A DNA stretch of 63,864 bases, counting the filler, from Atractiella rhizophila (taxonomy: Eukaryota), in the NCBI GenBank assembly GCA_021432655.1. It is 4 parts of 4 records of this genome, joined end to end, with 100 filler letters (N's around TTAATTAATTAA, not from the genome) between each part and the next. Parts side by side here need not be neighbours in the genome. Positions count along the whole stretch, not along the records: positions 44,409 to 60,596 come from MU271740.1; positions 60,697 to 63,864 come from MU271852.1; 2 more parts are not named here. The stretch is one strand, 5' to 3'. The notes under the pieces are model-generated. The model was given only the letters and a program-made list of their open reading frames with translations. It did not search any database and had not been told where the DNA came from. Positions 53,789-63,864 of this stretch are shown here, one piece after another. The position numbers were made by a program, and so were the translations under genes. Each line of letters begins with the position of its first letter. Position 1 is the first letter of the stretch.

Positions 53789-55172
53789 CTATAGAGCTAC
53801 GATAACATTGATAGCCTCTGCGACCTCTCGATGCGCTTTGGTTGTGAGATGCAGTGGATCCCCTGAATCAACAGCGTCAACGAAGGATCCTTCATCCAAT
53901 GGCTGCACACGCACAGTGGAGATAATCCTCGACATCACCGCAAGGAACCCTGGTGTCGGTGTCCAAGCACCATCCTGTTGAATTGGTGAACCCAAAAGCT
54001 TCAGGCACATAATGTTGTATCTGTTCCCAATGCCGTTTACAATTCATCCATGTAGAACAAGAAATGGAGGAAGAGATAACGAACCCGGTACATCTCGTTC
54101 TCGTAGTCCCAGAAGAACATACGGCTACTGCCGGGAACCCTGGCCCAGGATTTCTTCAACTCTTCTGATATTCTTTTCCAAAGAATGAGCACGCTCTGAA
54201 TATGATCTGAGGAACCTTACCTCGCAACGCCTGAGTTGTACCTGCGGCGAACCGTCAACCGGGTCAATGCAGCACGAGCAAGACGTACCTCTGGGTAAGG
54301 ATTCGCAGCCTTTCCACGCTGTCTGGACCTGCGGCAACAGTAACAGGGACTAATTCCATTGGTGGCAAATTGATGACAAGGTGATCTGCTCCAGTAAAAT
54401 TGTACTTGTCGTGAACAGATAATATCTGATCTCTAAGGGATACGACATTCTCATCGACGTTTGCGAGGGTAGCGTTATCTGCGGTGCTATATGATCGAAC
54501 GGTGTTGATACCGACCCACCAGATGTGCAAGCGACGAGCTGATGCTGATGGTTCCGGAATAACACTCGTTGGAAGAGTCGTATAGTTCTGTGCTTGCGCT
54601 TTTGTATCCGGAACCGTACCTCCTGTGAGGTTGTTATCGACTGTGCCGCACATACCACAACGTCAAAATTTCGGCAAGAAAAACGAGGGATTTTGCCTTA
54701 CCACGAGCGCCGCCATAGCTGCAAAACCCTTCAGTTCATGGATTTAGACTGAATATATGAACTCACGCGAAGTTGTAGAGTTCCGCATCCCACATTTGGG
54801 CCAGATACTCATTGAACACGATACCTGAGAATGGGGAACACGTTTGATTAAAGTTACATCAATCAATGGCAACAAACGACAAACCATTGGACCATCTGCC
54901 TTCATAGTACGGAGGTTGCGTGGTGGACGCAGCCACATACTCAGCAGGTCGAGGGTGAGCATTGTCGCACCTAGATATCCTTATTAAATGATACTGAGCA
55001 ATTTAAACACTTACCAACTAGCACCAAAAACTGCAATAGAGTCGTACGGCGTGGGGAGCCTCTTTGTCGACCGCTTTGTCAACGAGTGATGACGGTGTCC
55101 AAAGCCTATCTCATGGCGAGCAGCCGCGGTGGCAATGCCAACAAGAACCAAGATCTTCTTCCAGTCAAACAT
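53789..55172 (-). CDS. Secreted SGNH/GDSL-like esterase (CE16-like), paralog A, multi-exon
   Basis: Signal peptide, FGASW|CDN block I, YEGRWSNG, FAMAA-like block II region, WVGIN block III and W|DPLH block V. Exons join in frame. Confidence 0.85.
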
Positions 55173-55937
55173 GAAGGAGGGAATGAGAATGAATGAAGTG
55201 CAATGATAAAGGAAGGACTTCGAGCGAATGTGTTCGCAAACGATTGTAGAACAATCGAGGAGAAAATACGGAAGGACTGGAGCTGCTTTATGCTGTCCTG
55301 ATGGGCTCAATGTACAAAGATAGTGAACTGGCAATATCCACCCACCTTCAGGCGTGGAGTAAATTGTCGGCAGCACGAAGTTACTGCGACAGTACGGTCG
55401 GGAAAATTGAAAGTGTCACGTCACAAGTGAGTGAGCGGACAGAGTAGCGTGGTATGATACACAACGCTGATCACACGGGATCCCCAGCATGAGGAGAATG
55501 GACGGAAATGAAGCCGGCATGCATCACCGGCGCATACGTGCATCTGACTATGTGTTAGGGTGGTGGAAGTTTCGTGGAACAGTAGCGAATGAAGACGAAT
55601 AAAGAAGAAAGGTGGGGCAGAATCTGACCGCGCAAGGCCGCACGCCTGGGGAACTTGCCCGAAAAGAAAATGAAGCTTTTGCATTAAGATATCGATGCTG
55701 TTGGATTACGACTTTAGATTGTCTGTCTGGGCTAATGTGCACGACCTCAATCGAATACACAAACGTCAGACTGGGCTGGCAAGATCCTAAATGAACGCCA
55801 GATGAAGCGAATGTGGTCATTAAAGGTGGAAGGCTACTGCGGTATCTCGTTTGGGAGGAAGCACTGACACACCTGTACTTGCACGGGAAGGTAGGATCAC
55901 AAGAAAGAGTTAAATAGAATCGTGTGTCATCAACTTT

Positions 55938-57327
55938 TTATGCGGCCACGATGACATTGATGGCCTCTGCAACCTCTTGATGGGCTTTGGTCGTGAGATG
56001 CAGCGAATCCCCTGCACCAGCAGCATCAACCGTCGATCTTTCCCAAAAGCTCGAAACTCACAATGAAGGTAATCTTTGACATTAGTACAAGGAACATTGG
56101 TGTTGGAATCCAAGCACCATCCTGTCGAATTAGTAAATCCATAAGCTTCAGGAGTGTAATGTTGTTTCTGTTTCCCAATCGATTCTGCTCAGAATTTCAC
56201 CTTGCAAATGAGAAATGGTTAGGAGCGGACCTTGTACATCTCCTTCTCGTAGTCCCAGAAAAACATACGGCCACTCCCCGTGACGTTGGCCCAGGATGTT
56301 TTCAACTCGTCAACCATTCTGTGCCAAAGAATGAGCCCTCAACAAATGACCTATCACAGGGATCTTACGCTGCAACCCCTTTATTATACCTGTAACAAAC
56401 CCTGTCAATCTCGACAGTGGCAGTGGCGCTGAGGACACGACGCACCTCTGGCTAAGAGTTCGCAGCCTCGTCACGCTGGCTGCACCTTCAACAACAACAG
56501 TAGGGACCAACTCCATAGGCGGCAAATTGATGACGAGATGATCCGCTCCTGTAAAGTTATACTTGTTGTAGACCGACACTATCTGAGCCTTGAGAGAAGC
56601 AACGTTCTGGTCGACAGACGTGAGGGCGGCGCTATCCGCGGTGCTATATGACCGGACGGTGTTGATGCCAATCCACCAGATGTGCAGGCGAGGGGCTGAA
56701 GCTTTTGGTTTCGGAATGACGCTTGTCGAAAGAGTTGTATAGTTCTTCGCTTGCGCCTTGGTATCTGGAACCGAACCTCCAGTCAAGCTGTTATCGACTG
56801 TAGTGAAATATGTGAGCTTGGGGATTTGTCAGCCCGTTTGAGCTTACCATGAGCCCCACCGTAGCTGAAGAGCATTCAGCATATCGCTTCTCACTGAGGC
56901 GGGGACTCACGCGAAATTGTACAGTTTGGCATCCCACATCTGCGCAAGATACTCATTGAATACGATACCTTGGCAGCAGTGCGTTTTCACCAACGTGCAC
57001 AAACAGAGGGAGGAGACCAACCATCAGAGAATCGACCTTCATAATATGGAGGTGGCCTGGTTGACGCAGCTACATACTCAGCTGGTCGACTGTGAGCATT
57101 ATCGCACCTAAAGTCATTCCCATTAATCAGTTTTCGGAAGGAAATGCCAAAAAATGGACTCACCAACTAGCACCAAAAACCGCGATAGAGTTATACGGCC
57201 CAGTAAACCGCTTTTTCAACGAATGGTGGTCACGGTGGTGTCCAAAACCAACCTCATGGCGAGAAGCTGCGGTGGCAATATCGTGCCCAATACCAAGCAG
57301 AAGGAAAATCTTCTTCCAGTCAAACAT
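55938..57327 (-). CDS. Secreted SGNH/GDSL-like esterase (CE16-like), paralog B, multi-exon
   Basis: Same exon structure as paralog A: FGASW|CDN, GRFSDG, NFA|YGGA, WIGIN and W|DSLH. Confidence 0.85.
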
Positions 57328-58452
57328 GTGAACGAGCGTTCTAGAAAAGAGGGTTTTGAGATAAAATGTTCGCAAACGAGCGTGTAAAGATTCGATAGAC
57401 GGGAACACAGGAAGACTGAAGTAGCTTCAGCTTTATACTGTTGCGACGAACAGCGAAACCCAGGAACAGCGAAACTTGAGAGAGAGTCTCCAGCTCACTT
57501 CGTTGTCGCTTCTCGGAAACACTCGTCGCTAGCTTGGGCTCGCTGCGAACGGTAAGGCCGGAAGACGTCACACAGGCTCCAAGAGCAGACTGGGAGGTGA
57601 TAGGAGAGTCCGACGTCCGACAAGTGTTGACACCAACTTACTGGTCAATTCAGCGTGTCTCGGAGAGAACATGTATCTTTGTCAAGTTGCAACGCTGTAT
57701 CCCCACGTCGTACACTGGGACAAGCTGCTAATGTCGTTATTGTAATTTGACTGAGCAGCTGAAGAACACACAGAGATAGAGCCATTAGTTCTCGCTGTTT
57801 CCTGTTTCTCCCCTTCCATTTTTCTAGTTCCAAGAATCTTCTACATCATACATCCCAAACATAAGCGTAAATGTTGTAAATCCCAAAATTTGAAGTTAAT
57901 TTGAGGCAGTTGAAGTATTGTCTGGACTGGATGAGTATTCCATGGACAAGCATCATTTCCGCCCACCACAAGGACATAATCATGATGTTGATCCTGCCTG
58001 TATACCCATAGCACCAAACCAGCTACTGTAGTCCCCCGGCTCTCTGGTACATTACATAGATCGTACAAACTCCAACAGCTCGTTTCAAGCGCAGGTATTT
58101 GATTGTCGCCGATTCCCCTGATCTTCAATAGACGCGGAGTAGATCTTGCTGTATTGCTAGAGCTTGTGGTCTTGCAACTATCTTTAAGCCCTCACGGTGT
58201 TTTATAACACCGGTCTAAGTAAGTTCGTTTGTCTCTCATGCAAACGGGAGGTGGGCTACGAGGCCAATTGTTGTATGATCCATGCTGGGAATTAGTTATT
58301 TTGAGCGTCTCTCTGACGGAGGATATGTGTGTCGACATACATGTTGTGTCTATTAACTGGCACAAAGGACATACCTGTTTCCTGACATGAGAGCTATGGA
58401 CAAGTCGTACTTCCAATAGCTGTGTAGAGGTTTTTATGCACTTTATTTAGGA

Positions 58453-60112
58453 ATGTCAGCACAACTTCAATCGAAGAAGCTCGCCATCATTGGTGTTGGT
58501 GCCAGTGGGATCGCAGCACTGTGCCAATTCTCGAAGCAAACAGATTTCGAAATCGTGGCTTACGAGGCGAGAAAGGAGAGCGGCGGGACGTGGAATATGG
58601 ATGATGCTCCAGGAGAATGTGTCATTACTTGGGACAGAGACGGCAGAGCTATCGTGCAGGATGCTGAGGTTCGTTATTTCTGTTGTGGTCCATTGATGAC
58701 TTCGATTGCTCATGGAAAGAACAGGTAACCCCCATGTATGAGAGCCTGAGGACGAATATACCAATGGTACCGTCACATTTCTGCAATATCTCAGCCTAAG
58801 GCAAGTGGCGTAGGATTTAATGGCGTACCGGGATTACCCTGCAAATGTTGAGGAGGGCCATTTGTTTGTGTAAGCCACATTACCTTCAGATAATGGATGC
58901 TCACAGAGCACAGAACGCCTGCTGAAGTGCTATCCTACCTTCAAGAGCAATGTGCACCGTTCGATCACCTTGTGCGCTATTCAACTACGGTCACGTCTAT
59001 ACATTCCTCCCCTCAGAAAACGAAACGGCGTTGGATCGTTGTCTCCCAAAGCGTTGATGAACCAGCAAGAGAAGAAGAGTTTGACTTTGTCCTCATTGCC
59101 AATGGACATTATAGAACACCTTATGTTCCTTTCATCCGAAATCTCTGGAACTTCGAGGGCCAGATTATCCATTCAAAATGGTATCGCTCTGTTGAACAAT
59201 TTTCAGGGAAAGTGAGTGAGAACCTCCAGCTTCAATCCGTCTAAAAGGGACAACAGAGAGTCCTGGTTGTTGGCAATTCAGCCTCGGGTTACGATATTGC
59301 TCGAGAGCTGACGGAAACTGCTGTTTCTCCAATCTACCAAGCGATTCGGAGCCCTTTCTATATAGGCATTGATCCTAGAACACCCGGCGCTCCAGAATGG
59401 TCCAAAAAGATCCAAATCGTTTCTGGATTTGTGGCTGTCGAGGAGGAGGATGGCGAACAGGTTTTAGTCTGTCAAGAAGGTGAACGCTTAAAGGGGATAG
59501 AAGTGATGTAGGTTTATGAATCGCTCTAGCGACACTGTCGTCTCATTGGGTTATAGAATTTGCGCCACTGGCTATCTCTACGATTTCCCCTTCTTCCAAG
59601 CGGACAAGGAACCATGGACAAGCCGATCTCTGACAAAGATCCCACCACTTCCGTCAAACCCGAACGCCACCTCTTCAGTAGGTTTGAGTGATGAAGTAAA
59701 GTATGGGGGAGGCGGTTTCCGTCTTCATGGACTAGATAAAACCCAAATATTCTGGAAAGAAGATCCGACACTCGCTTTTCTGGCTTTGCAAACACGGGTG
59801 CGTATAAATATTCTCTTTTCTTTCTCCCTGACATATCATTCACAGGTCGTGCCTTTTCCACTTGCTGAAACACAGTCGAAATATATTGCGCAAGTATGGT
59901 CGACATATGAATCTCCTAACGACTACCCTCTCGAAGACGACCCAGATGACAAGGGGGACGAGAGCCGCCAGTTTCACCTTCTTGGATTTCCAGTGGAGTT
60001 TGAGTACCAGGATGGCTTGTCAACATTTTTCGGGGGATCTAATGTTGAAGAATGGAGGTACGAGAGGAGAAGGAATGGAAAGGAACTGCGATTGAGGGAA
60101 TTGGGTTACTAG
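58453..60112 (+). CDS. Flavin-containing monooxygenase (class B FMO), multi-exon
   Basis: FAD motif AIIGVGASG, GGTW, FMO fingerprint FEGQIIHSKWY, NADPH motif VVGNSASG, ATGYLY and VVPFPLAE. Confidence 0.93.
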
Positions 60113-60313
60113 ACTACATTTACGATGTTGTAATTACGATTCCATGATAGATAATAGACCTATAGACAACACCAGATACGTTCTTGATAAGGTCACGTGC
60201 ATAACCGGTGAGGTACTCAGGCATTTTGGATTGAAGAGCGCAGCACAATATAAAAGGGAAGAACGTTTGCTGCTCATCCCCGTTATCAATACGAGAACAC
60301 TTCAGTAAACAAG

Positions 60314-60596
60314 ATGGAGCATGGTCAACCTCACCACGGACACTCTCACGAGCATGTAGATGTCGTCGAAGCGAACCGACAGCATCACAACGAACACTCT
60401 CATACCTTCATCAATGATCTGTCCCTTCCGAACCGCCGAACTCTCTGTGCAAATGCGATCGAGGATGCCCTCCCCGATCTTTTCGATGAGGATGATCCCA
60501 AGAGTTTCGTGATTGATTATGCGTGTGGACCGGGACTTGTAGCACAGGAATTGTCGAGCGGAACGAAGGTGATTGTTGGAGTCGATATCAGTGAAA
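60314..60596 (+). CDS. Class I SAM-dependent methyltransferase, 5' part (truncated by linker)
   Basis: Motif I VIDYACGPG followed by IVGVDIS. His-rich N-terminus. Confidence 0.8.
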
Positions 60597-60696
60597 NNNN
60601 NNNNNNNNNNNNNNNNNNNNNNNNNNNNNNNNNNNNNNNNTTAATTAATTAANNNNNNNNNNNNNNNNNNNNNNNNNNNNNNNNNNNNNNNNNNNN
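60597..60696. other. Assembly gap/linker
   Basis: N44-TTAATTAATTAA-N44. Confidence 0.98.
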
Positions 60697-60918
60697 GGAA
60701 CAGCAGCTCAGCCTCTCTCAGCAAGACCAGCAAGAGTGACATTGTCAGACAATAGTATCGGTCAAGAATTCCTGCAAAATAATTCAGGAGGTAGCTGTCC
60801 AGGTGCGCCGTCATTGTCCATCCACAATGGAAGCAGGGGTAATTCGCGTTTTGTTTTTATTGGGGTTGCAAACACTTGCAGTAGTGGCGAGCTATCAGCG
60901 CTAGTAGGCTTGTACATC

Positions 60919-63413
60919 ATGGCGCCTAAAATGCTAGGAACGATCGTGGTCATACCTATCAAAGCTGTTCGTCTCTTCCCTCTCTCCAACTGCCACAGCA
61001 GTGTTGTGACAGCAATTGGGATTGGAATAGCGCAATCTCCCCAACAAGCAAAAGATCGGAAAACAAGATCCCTACTGTCAACTTTCCTACGGCTCAATAT
61101 CCAAAAAGACGAAAGTAGACAAACGAGGAGGACAGCACCCTGTGTGGGATGAGGAGTTTCGGTTCGACATTTGGGAGGATCTGGAAGAGGCTTTCGAAGA
61201 GAGTGGGGTATCAATCAATGGGAAAGGAGGCGTGGGGAACACGTCGTCTGTTTCAGAGATTGGGACGAAGGAGAGAAAGAGTGGAGAGGAGCTGAGGAAG
61301 GAAAGGAACAATCGATTGCTCAAGATCGCCTGCTATGCCGACGACACGCGCGATCCCGACTTGATTGGAGAAGGAACATTGGATATCGGACCCACTTTAA
61401 AGAAGGGAGAATTCGACGATTGGGTCCCAATCAAGAATAAGGGGAAGCCTTGTGGAGAGGTTTACATGGAGATGACATTCTATTCGAACGCGGAACCTCC
61501 ACCTTCACACAAGAAGGCCACGCCGTCTCCTTCGCCCAGTTCAACTGTTGGAGTAGGATCCGGACGACAGGGTCAATGGCAACCTCTTAATCCCGCAAAG
61601 GTACCAGCGACGTCCAAATCCTCCAGTCCACACCGCACGAGTGCCGATGTCCCAAGTTCTCTCCGTCCACGATGGTCCAACGCTCCTGTAGTCCAGCAGG
61701 ACCAACCGCTCCCTCCTCCTCCGTCTCTCTTTCCCGGTGGTGGTTCTGCTGGAGCGGGGGGGAACCGGCGTATGTCAGCTCACTTGGGAGCGCTGCCGAC
61801 GCCACTTAATGCAGGTGGCGGCAAACCTACACTACCGCCACGTCGCTCCTCTTCCTCTTCTCATCCTGCCGACATCTCCTCCATCCTGACAAGACCATTG
61901 TCAGCCTTGAGCCTTGATAAACCGCTCCCTCCTCCGGCACCAACGAAGCAGAATAGCGTTCCAACCTCCCTCCCGCAGACCTTGCAAAATGGTTGGCATG
62001 CCCAACCTCAACCTTCACCGCCTCAACCACAACCGCCTCCATCCCTGCATCCCTATCCTATACACCGAATGAGCACTCCTCAACCGACCCCTCCTCCCGC
62101 TCACCAACAAATGCAGCAACAGTACGGTGGGCATCCGAATCCACATCCAGGGGGGCCGTTGTCACATTCCCATTCTGTTGATTCCCTCAATGCGTATGCA
62201 GGGAACGATATGTCTCAACGTCCTGGGACAACAGGAAGGCCGCTCCCCGATCCTGCATATTCTCAGGTCATGCCACAGGCACAACCATGGGGTGCTCCTC
62301 CACCTTCTCAACCCCAAGGATTCCCACCACCTGGTCCCCCTCATCATTTGCAGAACTATGCCCCTACCCCTCCTCCGGCTCAAGGCTATGCTCCAACTCC
62401 TCCTCCCTTCGCGCCGGCGCCGGCGCCGTCACAGACGCCAGTACCGTTTGCACATGGACATCAACAGCATGGTTCAATGATGCATTCTCAGCCGCACTTC
62501 CAGCCCAAACTGGAGGTCCATCCCCTCACCATCAAGACAGTGGATGGGCTGGACCTCCTCCTCTACCTCCTCAGCATCAAGATGATGGAGGAGGGGGATG
62601 GAATGCACACGGCAATGCACCTCCACCGTCGACCTTCGCCCAACATCCATCCGTTTCGTCCACACCGCAAATGCAGCCTTACCAGTCACACTTCCCCAAC
62701 GGCCCTCCTCAGCCCGGACAATTTACCAATGGTCCGCCTCCTCAACCCGGACAATTCGCCAATGGTCCCCTCCTCAGCTGGGACAGTTCGCCAATGGTCC
62801 GCCACCGCCTCCACAGCCGAGCCAATTCGTGAATGGACCTCCTCTACATCAGTTCTCTAACGGACCTGCTCCTCCACAGCCTCCCCAATTCGCGAACGGA
62901 CCACCGCCTCAACCGTCGCAGTTTGCAACTGGTCCTCCTGGGCCGCCACCACATCCGTCTCAGTTCCAGCAACCGTATCTGCCCTCATCCACGCCTGCTC
63001 CATTCATCCCTCCTCCCTCAACTCCAACTCCTGGGCCTGGACAACAACCCTATTACCCACGTCAATCTCCGATACAGAATCAACAGATGTTCCAATCCTT
63101 TCCTCCTCCTCCGCCTCAACAACAGCAGCAGCACAATCAACCTTTTCACCCACCTCAAGGACATAACCCTTCCTATGGCCCTCCTCAACCTTCCCCTACT
63201 CCTACTCCACATCATCAACACTCCTATCCCCCTCCTCAACAGTTTCAGCAGCAGTCGTTCCCAGATTATCATCAAGGGATGATGTCCCCTCCTCCTGCCC
63301 AACCGCCCTCTCATTTCCAGGGATATGCAGCACCGCCATCGCCTCACGGTTTACCTCCTCAACCTAACATTCAGAGGCCTCTACCATTACCTTTTCATCA
63401 TCCTCACGGTTGA
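60919..63413 (+). CDS. C2-domain, proline-rich protein of Inn1/Fic1 type; two apparent 1-bp frameshifts
   Basis: LGTIVVIPIKA|RNLPNKQKIGKQDPYC...DKRGGQHPVWDEEFRF...GEVYMEMTFY C2 domain, then a PxxP/Gln-rich tail that switches frame near 62500 and 62768. Confidence 0.8.
62698..62970 (+). repeat. Coding degenerate tandem repeat NGPP(P)QP(G/S)QF
   Basis: About six to seven imperfect units in the tail of the C2 protein. Confidence 0.75.
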
Positions 63414-63864
63414 TCGGTCGAAAGAGCAAGCACAGCTGGTTTGAAGCGAGCTGGAAATCCCTGATGAGGTTTTGATTAGTCACCTAATTAAATTAGATGG
63501 ACTCCTTTCGATTCAAACGAAAATTTCATGTCTTTCTATTTTCAAGCATGCAACCGATGTAATTGCAGTCTGTACTAGTCAACTCTCAAGTAACTCTCAA
63601 CTACGTAGCTTGCTTAATGTATGCCACCTTTAGAGTGCTGCAATTTTGCTGGCCCAGTTCACAAGCTCTGTGCTGTTTTTCCTATAGGCAGACTCCAATT
63701 CCCCAATACCACTGGCAGTGATGTCGAGAAATAGGGACACATCCAATGAGACCACCCTGAGTTGAAGCTGCATAAGGCTTGTTAGTGAGAGGCTTTGACA
63801 TCCTTAAAAATATCAAAGGCTGAGATGAAGAATAACTCATGGTTTCGAGTCAAGGGGGTAATTG

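Overview
Intron-rich fungal genomic DNA, with typical ~50-60 nt GT-AG introns. It is probably a basidiomycete, possibly Pucciniomycotina (inference). Four segments are joined by artificial 100-bp N/TTAATTAATTAA linkers, and there is one 25-N gap. Segment 1 (1-28113): a P/Q-rich gene fragment, ARO7 chorismate mutase, GRC3/NOL9 kinase, HCS1/IGHMBP2 helicase, a chitin synthase, BUD27/URI, a small secreted protein, SPC97/GCP2 and the 3' part of a class V myosin. Segment 2 (28214-44308): STT4 PI 4-kinase, a PH-PBD PAK kinase (CLA4/STE20) and a decayed Ty3/gypsy chromovirus cluster. The cluster has a solo LTR with TSD, a tandem pol-LTR-gag junction, a probable self-priming PBS, an inverted LTR tip, CpG-type decay and a possible antisense repeat ORF. 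Segment 3 (44409-60596): CTK1-like CDK, GYP1-like TBC GAP, two tandem secreted SGNH esterases with GAS instead of GDS, an FMO and a truncated methyltransferase. Segment 4 (60697-63864): an Inn1/Fic1-like C2/proline-rich gene. The most notable signals are the retroelement architecture and the MYO2-STT4-PAK-TE neighbourhood, which resembles a mating-type-linked region. No CRISPR, rRNA or convincing tRNA was seen. Exon structures were inferred by eye.
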